In this document: one piece after another, positions 50,547 through 59,899 of the stretch | Layout of the letters: the number at the start of each line of letters is the position of its first letter | Position numbering within the stretch: the stretch's first letter is position 1 | Source of the DNA: Planctomycetota bacterium | Lineage (GTDB): Bacteria; Planctomycetota; UBA1135; UBA2386 | DNA length: 64,000 nucleotides | Direction of reading: 5' to 3' | Assembly (NCBI GenBank): GCA_046290465.1 | Contig: JBKAGP010000001.1 | Coordinates: 2,368,001 to 2,432,000 of the forward strand | Program-made: the position numbers and the translations under genes | Notes under the pieces: model-generated | Told to the model about the DNA's origin: nothing | What the model saw: the letters and a program-made list of their open reading frames with translations, nothing else | Database searches by the model: none

Positions 50547-51527
50547 ATGCAGCAGCCATCAGAAGCAGGCCTCGTTCTACGCATCGACGCGAAGGTCTGC
50601 CACGTCGAGATCGACGGAGAACGTCGCCAGCTGCCGCTGGCCGGCAAGCTGTTCGAGCAGAAGACGCACGAGAAGCGGCCGCTGGCGGTCGGCGACCACG
50701 TGCTGCTCGACAACTCCGGCGAGGTCATCGACCAGGTCCTGCCGCGCAGCTCGCAGCTGCACCGCCGCGCCGCGACCGAAGGAGAAGAACTCGCGCAGGT
50801 GCTGGCCGCCAACATCACCCACGTGCTCGCGGTCGCGTCGGTAAAGTCCCCGCCGTTCCAGCCGGAGCTGGTCGACGGCGTGCTCGCTGCCGCCGCGCGC
50901 CAACGCATCCCCGCGACGCTGGTGCTGACCAAGGTCGACGTCGCGCCGAAGCTCGCCGAGAAGTGGGCCAAGGTCTACGAGGGCGCCAACGTGCGCGTGC
51001 TGCGCACGTGCTCGATCGGCGACGGCCGCACCGAGGACACGCTCGCCGAAATCGAGCAACTGCTGCACCAGAAACGTTCGGTCGTGATCGGCCTCTCGGG
51101 CGCGGGCAAGTCGTCGCTGCTCAACGCGGTCGTGCCCGGCGTGCAGCTGCGCACGGGCCACCTCAACCACATCCAGCAGGGCCGCCACACCACGACGCAC
51201 ACCGAACTGCTGCCGCTGCCCGGCGGCGGCCACGTGCTCGACACGCCCGGCGTGCGCAACTTCCACCTGTTCCACACCGGCTCGCAGGAGCTGCAGTTCT
51301 TGTTCCCGGAGATCGCCGAGCGGCTGCCGGAGTGCGAGTACCGTTCGTGCCTGCACGACGGCGAGACGACGTGTGCGGTCAAGAAAGCGCACGGCAACGG
51401 CGAGATCGCGGACACGCGCTACGCGTCCTACCTGCGCATGCTGCACGACGCGTTGGCGGCGGAGCAGCCGTCGGCGAAGACGTCGCGCGGCACCGTGCGC
51501 GGCGGCGGCCGACGCCGGCCGCGCTGA
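50547..51527 (+). CDS. rsgA: Ribosome small subunit-dependent GTPase A
   Basis: OB fold (AVGD.V), LAANI, TKVD, GLSGAGKSSLLN, GRHTTT, DTPG, C..R.C.H..E..C zinc finger. Confidence 0.93.
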   Translation: MQQPSEAGLVLRIDAKVCHVEIDGERRQLPLAGKLFEQKTHEKRPLAVGDHVLLDNSGEVIDQVLPRSSQLHRRAATEGEELAQVLAANITHVLAVASVKSPPFQPELVDGVLAAAARQRIPATLVLTKVDVAPKLAEKWAKVYEGANVRVLRTCSIGDGRTEDTLAEIEQLLHQKRSVVIGLSGAGKSSLLNAVVPGVQLRTGHLNHIQQGRHTTTHTELLPLPGGGHVLDTPGVRNFHLFHTGSQELQFLFPEIAERLPECEYRSCLHDGETTCAVKKAHGNGEIADTRYASYLRMLHDALAAEQPSAKTSRGTVRGGGRRRPR

Positions 51528-51613
51528 GCGCGACCCGCGACGCTCCAGCCACGCACGAGCAGGCCCCCGGGGCGCTACTTCGAGGGCTGAGGCTGCGGCG
51601 GCCCCGCCCAGGA

Positions 51614-54100
51614 CTACTGCACCATCAACAGCGGCACCGCGTTGCTCGCGAAGCGCGGCTGCAGCGTCTGGTTGTCCGTCACCAGATACGCATGCGAGAA
51701 CTGCAACCCCAGCAGGCTCGCCAGCTGTGGCACGACCAACGTCGCGGTCGCCTCGCCGTTGGCGTCGAGCACGCCGATCGTGTTCTGCAGGATCACCGGG
51801 CTGAACACCGCCTGCGTCAGCGCGAACCACGGGTCGTTCTGGCTGTTGAGCGGCAGCAGCACGTTGCCGAACTGCGTGCCCGGCGCGGTGCCGGTCATCG
51901 AGCCGAGCAGCTGGTAGTTCTGGCCGGCCTCGTCGATGCCGGCGCGCAGCGTGAAGTCGACCTGGCCGATCTGCGCGACCGACGCCTGGTCGGTGCTGGC
52001 CTGCAGCGGGTCGCAGACGTCGAGCACGCCGTTGGCGTCGAAGTCGTCGGCGCCGTTGGCGAGTTCGCAGGTGTCGGGCTGGCCGTTGCCGTCGCAGTCG
52101 GCGACGTCGCCATAGCGAACGCGCAGGATCCGGCCGCCGACGGTGGTCGGGCCGTTGAGGCCGTTGTCGGCGTAGAGCTCGCTGAAGTAGAGGCCGTCCG
52201 GCCCCGCCGTCAGCGCGACCGCGGTGGCACGGCCGTCGCCGGTATACTCGACGAACGGCAGCGGCCCCTGCTGCAGGTTGCCGTTGAGGTCGAACACCCA
52301 CTCGGTGATCACCTTGCCGATCGCCTGCTCGCCCTCGGCGTAGGTCGCACCGCTCTCGGTGACGAACGCGTGGTCCTGCTTGTCCTGCGGGTAGCCGCTG
52401 CCGCCGAACGTCTGCGGCTGCACGAACGCGATGTTGACCGGCCCGGTCGACGGCGCCCAGTTGTGGATCGCGAAGTTCGACATGCTCTGGTCGGAGCCGT
52501 TCCAGCCGAAGTTGCGGCCGCCGACGAGCCGCGACAGGCGATCGACGTTGGGACCGTTCTCGACGCAGTAGCGCTCGCCGTCGGCCGCGCGGAAGGCGCC
52601 GCCGAACGGGTTGCGCACGCCGTAGCACCAGACGTAGTCTCGCGCGTCGACGGTGCCGCCGTTGTAGAACGGGTTGCTGGCCACCGGCGCGCCGTTGAGG
52701 TCGAGGCGCAGGATCTTGCCGCGATACGACGACAGGTTCTGGGCGGTGCCGCTGTTGAAGCCGTCGCCCATGTGGCAGTAGAGCAGGCCGTTGACGATCT
52801 CGAGGTTGGAGATCTGGTGCGACTGGCCCTGCGTCTCGCCCTGCATGTCGAGGATCACCTGGCTCGATGAGGCGCTCAGACCGCCGTTGCTCGACGAGTA
52901 ACGGGTGATGCGCGGATAGTTGTTGTTGCCGGTGCGCCACAGGTGCGACACGAACACGTCGCCGCTGACCGGATCGACCGCGATGCCGGCGAGGCCCTGC
53001 TCGCCGCTGCCCGGGAACGCGCCGGACGGGGTGTAGTTGATCACGTTGGTCGCGTAGTTGGCGACCAGGCCGCTGTTGGTGACGACCTTGATCGTGCCGT
53101 AGAGCTCGGTCACGTAGAACTTCGGCGCGGTCGGCAGGCTGCTCTGGTTGGGCGCGAACGCGATGTTGACCGGCAGCTGCAGCCCCTGCGCGACCACGTC
53201 GAGCGTGTAGCCGGCCTGCACCGGCTGCCACGGCACCGGCACGGTGCGCGCCAGCGACGAGAAGTCCGGCACGAACGAGGTCGGGTCGGCGTCGTAGGTC
53301 GAACCGTGCTCGCCGACCCAGTAGACGACCTGACCGTGCGCCGGCAGGTTGACCGCCGGCAGGTGGATCGAGAACGGCTCGCATTCGGTCTCGAAGCCGT
53401 GCAGGTCGGTCGGCGGCAGCACCAGCCCGTTGCTGCCGGCCTTGAACACGACGCGCACGGCGCGGTGCACCGGCAGCGGCGGCGGGTTGCTGACCTTGTT
53501 GCCGACGCCGGGGTCCCCCTCGATGCGCAGCAGCTGCCAGTGCGTGTCGGTCTCGACCCGCAGCATCGGCTGCGGCGCGCCAGTCGGCAGGTCGACCGCG
53601 TTGCCCTGCAGGTCCTCCCAGCGCGGCGCCGCGACGTGGTCGATGTCCTGCAGGAACAGCGCGTCCTTGACGCCGGCCGCCCCGGTCGCGAACGGGATCG
53701 ACGACCACGGGCTCCACTCGGTGGCCGGGTCGCCACTGTCGTCGCGGTGCCGCACGCGCAATTCGAACGAGGCGTCGGCGAACAGCCGCTGGAAGCCCAG
53801 GTGCGAGTTCTCGAACACGCCGTCGCCGAGGTGCGCGTGCACCTTCTCGAGGCCGGTGACGTTGTCGGCGACCCAGACCCGCTGGCTGGGCGTGACGGTC
53901 CAGATCTCCCACGTCGACGCGAGGTGCTGGTCACCCGGGTCAGGATCCGAGAACGGCGCACTCTCCATGTGCACGTCGCTCGGGTTGACGACCAGGTTGG
54001 CGACCGGCGGCTCGGTGAACGTCGGCGCGAGCGGTGCGGTGTTCTGCGCGGCGAGCGCGCAGGAGAGGGCCGCGAACGGCAGGTGGCGGAGCATCGTCAT
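51614..54100 (-). CDS. Secreted GSDH-like beta-propeller protein with N-terminal extension, Asp/Cys Ca-binding motifs and C-terminal domain
   Basis: MTMLRHLPFAALSCALAAQ; EQGLAGIAVDP, SHQI, MGDG...AQ....RGKILR, YGVRNPFG, ENGP..DR, NFGW; DCDGNGQPDTC..DFDANGVLDVC; ends ..P.LASLLG...FASNAVPLLMVQ. Confidence 0.85.
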   Translation of the reverse strand: MTMLRHLPFAALSCALAAQNTAPLAPTFTEPPVANLVVNPSDVHMESAPFSDPDPGDQHLASTWEIWTVTPSQRVWVADNVTGLEKVHAHLGDGVFENSHLGFQRLFADASFELRVRHRDDSGDPATEWSPWSSIPFATGAAGVKDALFLQDIDHVAAPRWEDLQGNAVDLPTGAPQPMLRVETDTHWQLLRIEGDPGVGNKVSNPPPLPVHRAVRVVFKAGSNGLVLPPTDLHGFETECEPFSIHLPAVNLPAHGQVVYWVGEHGSTYDADPTSFVPDFSSLARTVPVPWQPVQAGYTLDVVAQGLQLPVNIAFAPNQSSLPTAPKFYVTELYGTIKVVTNSGLVANYATNVINYTPSGAFPGSGEQGLAGIAVDPVSGDVFVSHLWRTGNNNYPRITRYSSSNGGLSASSSQVILDMQGETQGQSHQISNLEIVNGLLYCHMGDGFNSGTAQNLSSYRGKILRLDLNGAPVASNPFYNGGTVDARDYVWCYGVRNPFGGAFRAADGERYCVENGPNVDRLSRLVGGRNFGWNGSDQSMSNFAIHNWAPSTGPVNIAFVQPQTFGGSGYPQDKQDHAFVTESGATYAEGEQAIGKVITEWVFDLNGNLQQGPLPFVEYTGDGRATAVALTAGPDGLYFSELYADNGLNGPTTVGGRILRVRYGDVADCDGNGQPDTCELANGADDFDANGVLDVCDPLQASTDQASVAQIGQVDFTLRAGIDEAGQNYQLLGSMTGTAPGTQFGNVLLPLNSQNDPWFALTQAVFSPVILQNTIGVLDANGEATATLVVPQLASLLGLQFSHAYLVTDNQTLQPRFASNAVPLLMVQ

Positions 54101-54108
54101 CGCGGGTC

Positions 54109-55863
54109 TCAGTTTCCGATGGTGAAGGCGAGGGCGTCGCCGAGCACGAAGCCGCACGCGGCCGCGCTGAGTTCGACGTACTGGCCGACGACGACCTGGC
54201 CGCACAGCCCGGGCGTGCCCGGCATCGGCAGCGTGAAGGTCGCGCCGCCAGCGCCGTCGACGAGCGCCGGCAGCAGCACCGGGCTGAGCACGTGCACCGT
54301 GCCCGAGCAGGCCGGGAACACCGTCGACAGCGGCAGCGACGTCTGGCCGACCGACAGCGCCCACAGGCCGAACGGCGTGTTGGGCGTCGCGCCGGCGACG
54401 GTCCAGTCGAGGTCGCAGCCGAGCGCGCCGTTCGAGGTCGTCGAGATGGTCGGGCCGACGCCGCCGCCGAGCACCACCGCGCCGCCGGCGTTGGCGCAGG
54501 CCAGGCAGCCGGTGACGTTGGCAGCGAGCACCGCGCAAGCGCCGCTCTGGTTGGAGAAGTTGGAGAACGTGATGCCGGTCAGCACGAAGCCCTGCAGCGG
54601 CGACAGGTCGACCGTGCCGCGTTCGATCCGCAGGGGCAGCCCGGGCAGGGCGCGGTCGGCGTTGCCGGTGCCGGCGAAGCTGCCGCCGACCCAGTCGCCG
54701 CCGCGCAGCGTCGCGGTGATCGAACCACCCTGCAGCGAGAACGTCACGTCGAACGCGCCGCCGCCGTGCGTCATCTGGAACAAGAACTCGGCTTCCGAGG
54801 CCCCGTCCAGCAGGATCGGTGCAGCGAGCGTCGTCGTCTGCGGACCGGTCAGGTCGACGTTCGGCAGCCACGCCGGCTGCACGCCGAGGTCGTCGCCATC
54901 GGGCGTGGGATCGAACGCGAGCGAACCGCCGGCGAGCGTGTCGCGGTTGCCGATCATGACCAGGTCGAGCACGCCCGGCTGGTCGACCAGTTCGAAGCCG
55001 TCGAGCAGCGCGTTGCTCGGCACACCTCCCTGGAAATCGAGCGCGCGGTCGGCGACCGCACGGAAGCCGTTGGGTGCGTCGGGCTGCTGCGCCTCGCCGG
55101 CGTGCACCATGCCGTTCCAGTTGTAGTCGAGGGCAATCGCGTTGACGCGCTCGGGCAGCACGGCCGCCTCGACGTTGACCCCGTAGAAGCCGTAGCCGGC
55201 GTTCTGGTTGCTGCGGTTGGCGAACGTGACGCTGGTCATCGCCTCGCCCGCCTGGCCGCTGAGGTCGATGACGAACTCGACCAGGTTGAGGTTGGACCCG
55301 CTGTTGGCGCGGTCGACGCTGTCGCGGCCGGGGATCGAGCCCCCGAACCAGTCCGGCGCGGTGACCACGTGGGTGCTGCTCGCGCCACTCTGGTAGCCGA
55401 AGGTCACGTCGCACGAGCCGCCGCCGTTGCTGACGTGGAACAGCACGCTGGCCGTCGACGTCGCGCCGAGCGGGATCGGCGTCGCGATGGCCGTCGTCTG
55501 CGGCCCGGCCTGGTCGGGATTGCCGAGCCACGACGGCTGCACGCCGACGTCGTTGCCGTTGGCGAACGAATCGAACGCCCAGTTGCCGTTGTCGACCGTA
55601 TCGCGGTTGCCAAGGTGCACCATGTCGAGCACGCCAGCGGTCTCGACCAACGCGAAGCGCTGCAGCACCGCGCTCGCCGGCACGCCGTTGGTGAAGTCGA
55701 GCGCGCGGTCGCTGATCGAACGGAAGCCGTTCGGCGCGTCGGGGCTGCCCGCCTCGCCGCTGTGGGCGATGCCGTTGAAGTTGTAGTGCAACGGCACCTG
55801 CACGGTGTTCTGGGCGGCGAGCGCGCCGGCCAGCGCGAACGAGACGAACAGGATCCTCGGCAT
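54109..55863 (-). CDS. Secreted protein with two copies of an unrecognised ~220-aa domain plus conserved C-terminal domain (paralog of 57504..59270)
   Basis: Signal ..GALAAQ; YN[FW]NG..H.GE...PDAPNGFR...DRALDF twice. Confidence 0.85.
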   Translation of the reverse strand: MPRILFVSFALAGALAAQNTVQVPLHYNFNGIAHSGEAGSPDAPNGFRSISDRALDFTNGVPASAVLQRFALVETAGVLDMVHLGNRDTVDNGNWAFDSFANGNDVGVQPSWLGNPDQAGPQTTAIATPIPLGATSTASVLFHVSNGGGSCDVTFGYQSGASSTHVVTAPDWFGGSIPGRDSVDRANSGSNLNLVEFVIDLSGQAGEAMTSVTFANRSNQNAGYGFYGVNVEAAVLPERVNAIALDYNWNGMVHAGEAQQPDAPNGFRAVADRALDFQGGVPSNALLDGFELVDQPGVLDLVMIGNRDTLAGGSLAFDPTPDGDDLGVQPAWLPNVDLTGPQTTTLAAPILLDGASEAEFLFQMTHGGGAFDVTFSLQGGSITATLRGGDWVGGSFAGTGNADRALPGLPLRIERGTVDLSPLQGFVLTGITFSNFSNQSGACAVLAANVTGCLACANAGGAVVLGGGVGPTISTTSNGALGCDLDWTVAGATPNTPFGLWALSVGQTSLPLSTVFPACSGTVHVLSPVLLPALVDGAGGATFTLPMPGTPGLCGQVVVGQYVELSAAACGFVLGDALAFTIGN

Positions 55864-55878
55864 GGGTCTCGCGGGGTT

Positions 55879-57309
55879 CTAGAAACCGAACATCAGCTGC
55901 TGGCCGTTGCTCGACGCCAGGCCGAGCGAGGTCAGCGTCGAGAACGCGACGCCCTGCGCCGACACCATCTGGCCGGCGAGGTTGGGGTCGGCGGGCAGCG
56001 GCAGCGCGAACGCGCCGGCACCGGCGGCAAGCGGCCCGGTGAGGTAGAGGCCGAGGTCGAGGTTGGTGTAGCCGAAGCAGCCGGCCATGCCGACCGCGGT
56101 CAGGTCGATGCCCGGGTTGACGACCTGCGTGCCGAACCCGACCAGCGCGGCCGGCGACGCCGCCGGCACGCCCGAGACGACCAGTTCGAAGCCGGCGTTG
56201 CCGATCGACGGCGCGCCGTTGGTCGCGAGCAGCAGGTTGTCGCAGCCGATGCCGTAGCCGCTGGCGTTGGCGAGTCCGCCGAAGTCGACCAGGAACGCCT
56301 GGATGCCCTGGTTGGTGCTCATCGCGTAGAGGATCGCCGTGCTGCCGGCCACCGCCCCCCACTGCACCGAACCGACGCCGTTGACGTTGCCCGGCAGCGC
56401 ACCGACCGTGTTGTTGGCGGTCGCCAGCTGCACCGGCGCGGCCGGGTCGGTGACGTCGAAGACGAGCACGTCCGACGAGTTGGTGTCGACCACGGCGAGC
56501 ACCGGCGTGTTGCCGATCACGGTGTAGTCGAGCGGCCGGCGGGCGGTGCCGCCGAGCGGGATCGACCCCGACACCGTCGCGATGCCGCCGGGCGTGAAGT
56601 CGGTCTGGCGCGCCAGGCCGCCCTGGTTGCCGATCAGCGTGTCGCCGTCGACGAACGACAGCGACAGGCGGTAGTCGTTGGACGCGCTGCCGGTGCCGGG
56701 CACCGACAGGTAGGCGGTCGCGAGGTTGGTGCCGTCGAGCGGGCCGACGACGAAGTTGCTGGCCTGCACGTTGTTGGTGCCGGCGGCGGCGAACGTCACC
56801 GGCGTCGGGCCGACGCCGCCGGTCACCGCGAACGCGTCGCCGGTGCGGGTGACGCCGGTGATCGCGGTGTAGGCGACGGTCGGCGGAGTCGTGAAGCCGG
56901 TCGCCTCCGAATCCCACTTGTAGACCGTGAACGGCGCCGTCGCCGACGTGCTCAGGTTGGCGACGTAGATCGAACCGTCGTCGGCGCAGCCGGCCATGTT
57001 GACCAGGAACGTGCCGCCGCTGAAGCCGGTGTTGTCGAGGCCGCCGAGGTCGGTGCCCGACGCGCCGTCGAGCACGCGGATGTTGTTGGACACGCCAGCG
57101 ACGTTCTGTCGCGCGACCAGCACCAGGTTGCCGGTCAGCGGGTTGTAGGCAAAGCCACGCTCGGTGTTGGCGGTGCTGAGGTACGGCGTGCTGCCGGGGG
57201 CGAGCCAGCCGTTGCTGCCGAACGTGGTCAGCGGGGTCATCGAGACCTGGGCGGCGGCGGACGCGGTGACGGCCAGCGTCGCCGCGGTGGCGAGAAGGGT
57301 GGTGCGCAT
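55879..57309 (-). CDS. Secreted beta-propeller-like protein (possibly DUF4623-like) with conserved C-terminal domain
   Basis: MRTTLLATAATLAVTASAAAQ; ERGFAYNP.TGNL.LV.R, GGTF..N....DDG.IYV.NL, F.VYKW..E, R.GD.F; C-terminal YG.GC..GMAGC..LP.DPNL.G...AQ...SSNG...FGF. Confidence 0.8.
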   Translation of the reverse strand: MRTTLLATAATLAVTASAAAQVSMTPLTTFGSNGWLAPGSTPYLSTANTERGFAYNPLTGNLVLVARQNVAGVSNNIRVLDGASGTDLGGLDNTGFSGGTFLVNMAGCADDGSIYVANLSTSATAPFTVYKWDSEATGFTTPPTVAYTAITGVTRTGDAFAVTGGVGPTPVTFAAAGTNNVQASNFVVGPLDGTNLATAYLSVPGTGSASNDYRLSLSFVDGDTLIGNQGGLARQTDFTPGGIATVSGSIPLGGTARRPLDYTVIGNTPVLAVVDTNSSDVLVFDVTDPAAPVQLATANNTVGALPGNVNGVGSVQWGAVAGSTAILYAMSTNQGIQAFLVDFGGLANASGYGIGCDNLLLATNGAPSIGNAGFELVVSGVPAASPAALVGFGTQVVNPGIDLTAVGMAGCFGYTNLDLGLYLTGPLAAGAGAFALPLPADPNLAGQMVSAQGVAFSTLTSLGLASSNGQQLMFGF

Positions 57310-57503
57310 CGGAGTTCTTCGGATGGGATTGCAGGTAGGAAGCCGCCACACAATGCGCGCTGTCGCACCGGGATCCAGGCACCGTGCGTGAATGTCACAA
57401 TCGGATGCGCGGTGCCGCATCCGACCCGGAGTCGCCGCACTTTGCCGCGCTGCAGATGCACGACGAACTGCTACCTTCGCGGCGTCTTCGACCCAACCAC
57501 TTC

Positions 57504-59270
57504 ATGAACCGCTCCATCCTCGCTTCGGCCGCCCTGCTCGGCCTCTCCGGCGCCGCGTTCGCGCAGGCGATCCCGGTCCCGCTCGCCTACAACTTCAACG
57601 GCATCGTGCACGCCGGGGAGGCCGGCCTGCCCGACGACCCCAACGGCTACCGCTCGATCAGCGACCGCGGCCTCGACTTCACGCTCGGGGTGCCGAACGA
57701 CACGCTGCTCAACGCCTACCAGCTGATCGGCAGCGCCGGCGCGCTCGACATCGTGCACCTCGGCAACCGCGACACCGTCGACGGCGGCAACCGCGCGTTC
57801 CAGGCGACGGCCAACGGCGACGACATCGGCATCCAGCCGGCGTGGCTGCTCACCGTCGACCAGTCGACGCCGCAGACGACCGTGCTGCAGACGCCGCTGC
57901 CGATCACCAACACGACGTCGGTCGCGTTCCTCTACCAGATCAGCAACGGCGGCGGCGCGTTCGACGTGACCTTCACGTTCTTGAGCACCAACACGCACAC
58001 CGCGACGCTGAGCGGCGGCGACTGGTTCGGCGGCACCTACGCCGGCACGGCCAACACCGACAACGGCTTCGGCGGCAACAACCTGTCGATCACCGAAGGT
58101 CGCATCGACATGTCGGCGTTCGACGGCGAGGTCGTCAGCGAGATCGCGTTCTCGAACCGCAGCAACCAGAACGCCGGCTACGCGATCCTGGCCTGCAACT
58201 TCGAGTACCCGCTGCCGCCGTCGCGCGTGAACCAGATTCCGCTGAACTACAACTTCAACGGCGTCGTGCACGCCGGCGAGTCGGGCAACCCCGACGACCT
58301 GGTCGGCTTCCGCGCGATCAGCGACCGGGCGCTCGACTTCTCCAACGGCATCCCGGCCGACCCGCTGCTCGCCGAATACCAGCTCGTCGACCAGCCGCTG
58401 GCGCTCGACATGGTGCACCTCGGCAACCGCGACACCGTCGACGGCGGCGCGCGACCGTTCGACGCGGTCGCCAACGGCGACGACTTCGGCGTGCAGCCGG
58501 CGTGGCTGCTGAACGTCGACCAGACCGGGCCGCAGACGACGACGCTGGCCGACGCGATCCGCATGGACGCGACCTCGTCGGCGAGCGTGCTGTTCCAGAT
58601 CAGTAACGGCGGCGGCGCCTTCGACGTCGAGTTCACGTTTGCCAGCGGTGCGCCCGTGGTCGCGACGATCTCGGGGCCGGACTGGTTCGGCGGCACGCTG
58701 CCGGGCACCGGCAACACCGACAACGGCCTGCCCAGCGCCAACCTCTCGCTGACCGAACGCACCATCGACCTGTCGGCGCAGACCGGCCGCGTGCTGACGG
58801 CGGTGACGTTCCTCAACCGCACCAACCTCAACGCCGGCTACGCGGTGCTCGGCCTCAACGTCGTCGGCTGCATCGAGTGCGCCAACGGCGCGAGCGCGGT
58901 GATCACCAACCTCGGCGGCGGCACCAGCGGTTCGATCTCGACGGCCAGCACCGGCAACCTCGGTTGCGACCTCGACTGGACCGTGTCGGGCGGCACGCCC
59001 AACGCGTTCGGCCTGTGGGCGCTCGGTGAGGGCACGACCGCGGCCCCGCTGTCGCTGATCACCCCCGGCTGCCCGGGCACGATCCACACGCCCAACCCGA
59101 TCCTGATCACCTCGCCGCTCGACGCGCTCGGCGCCAGCACGTTCGTGCTGCCGCTGCCGCCGGACCAGGCGCTGTGCGGCTACCAGGTGACCGGCCAATA
59201 CGTCACGCTGGCGCCCGGCCCGTGCTTCCTGGTGCTCAGCGACGCCCTCGCGATCACGATCGGCAACTGA
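57504..59270 (+). CDS. Secreted protein with two copies of the same unrecognised ~220-aa domain plus conserved C-terminal domain
   Basis: MNRSILASAALLGLSGAAFAQ; YNFNG.VHAGE.G.PDD..G[FY]R.ISDR.LDF twice; collinear with 54109..55863. Confidence 0.87.
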   Translation: MNRSILASAALLGLSGAAFAQAIPVPLAYNFNGIVHAGEAGLPDDPNGYRSISDRGLDFTLGVPNDTLLNAYQLIGSAGALDIVHLGNRDTVDGGNRAFQATANGDDIGIQPAWLLTVDQSTPQTTVLQTPLPITNTTSVAFLYQISNGGGAFDVTFTFLSTNTHTATLSGGDWFGGTYAGTANTDNGFGGNNLSITEGRIDMSAFDGEVVSEIAFSNRSNQNAGYAILACNFEYPLPPSRVNQIPLNYNFNGVVHAGESGNPDDLVGFRAISDRALDFSNGIPADPLLAEYQLVDQPLALDMVHLGNRDTVDGGARPFDAVANGDDFGVQPAWLLNVDQTGPQTTTLADAIRMDATSSASVLFQISNGGGAFDVEFTFASGAPVVATISGPDWFGGTLPGTGNTDNGLPSANLSLTERTIDLSAQTGRVLTAVTFLNRTNLNAGYAVLGLNVVGCIECANGASAVITNLGGGTSGSISTASTGNLGCDLDWTVSGGTPNAFGLWALGEGTTAAPLSLITPGCPGTIHTPNPILITSPLDALGASTFVLPLPPDQALCGYQVTGQYVTLAPGPCFLVLSDALAITIGN

Positions 59271-59279
59271 CCGCGCCCG

Positions 59280-59316
59280 GACGCCGCATACCGAACCGGG
59301 TTCAGGATGCGGCATC
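59280..59316 (+). repeat. Single REP-like unit (family A)
   Basis: ccgcataccgaaccgggttca is identical to the 31900 left-arm core; self-complementary gccgcat..gaacc-g-ggttc..atgcggc. Confidence 0.85.
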
Positions 59317-59349
59317 TACGGCGCCGCGGCCGCTCGCGTTCGTGGGGCT

Positions 59350-59820
59350 TCAGGTCTCCCAGACCAGATACTTGTAGCCCCACGCCGCCCACAGCAGCAG
59401 GAACATCGCGGCCACGATCTTCCAGAACGGCAGCCGCACCAGCGCGTCGACGAACGAGCGGCCGCGCAGCAGGCACAGCAGCGCGTGCACGCCGGCGACC
59501 AGGCCGAACAGCGCGATCGCGGCGCCGAACGGCTGCGTGACGAACGCGCCGACCAGGTCGCCGTGCACCACCTGGCACGCCGCGGTCGTGCAGCCGCAGG
59601 TCGGGCACGGAATGCCGTAGACCTTCGGCCAGCCGCACTCGGCCATGCCGAACGCCTCGTGCGTTCCGTGGCCGCGCGGATCGGGCGGGACCCCGCCCAG
59701 CTTCCAGGTCATCACGATCGCGACCCCGGCGACGACCGCCGCGGTGATGCGATCGGTCACCACCGACACCGGCCCGTCGGCGACAGGAATCGTCCAGGCG
59801 GGCTTCGGGGCGACGGGCAT
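59350..59820 (-). CDS. DUF2752-family membrane protein
   Basis: GHGTH..G...C.....GIPCPTCG.TTA....HG....AF..QPFG plus TMs. Confidence 0.8.
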   Translation of the reverse strand: MPVAPKPAWTIPVADGPVSVVTDRITAAVVAGVAIVMTWKLGGVPPDPRGHGTHEAFGMAECGWPKVYGIPCPTCGCTTAACQVVHGDLVGAFVTQPFGAAIALFGLVAGVHALLCLLRGRSFVDALVRLPFWKIVAAMFLLLWAAWGYKYLVWET

Positions 59821-59861
59821 CGCCCGCAGGATCGGCCCTGGCCGCGCCAGCCGCAAGGTGG

Positions 59862-59891
59862 CGCAACATGAACCCGGTTCAGTATGCGGTG
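59862..59891 (-). repeat. Single REP-like unit (family A), inverted
   Basis: atgaacccggttcagtatgcggtg matches the 31900 right arm (atgaacccggttcggtatgcggtg) with one mismatch. Confidence 0.85.
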
Positions 59892-59899
59892 TTTGGGGG

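Noticed and set aside
51614..57382. 1922-aa ORF as a single surface protein
   Set aside because: The real gene starts at 54100; the upstream part is an off-frame reading of 54109..55863 and 55879..57309.
57387..57397. GTGA-atg-TCAC palindrome in the divergent promoter as a CRP/FNR site
   Set aside because: The spacer is 3 nt rather than 6; too short to support a call.
54109..59270. Paralogous repeats as a diversity-generating retroelement or invertible shufflon
   Set aside because: No reverse transcriptase or recombinase in the window; differences between copies look like ordinary divergence, not adenine-specific changes.
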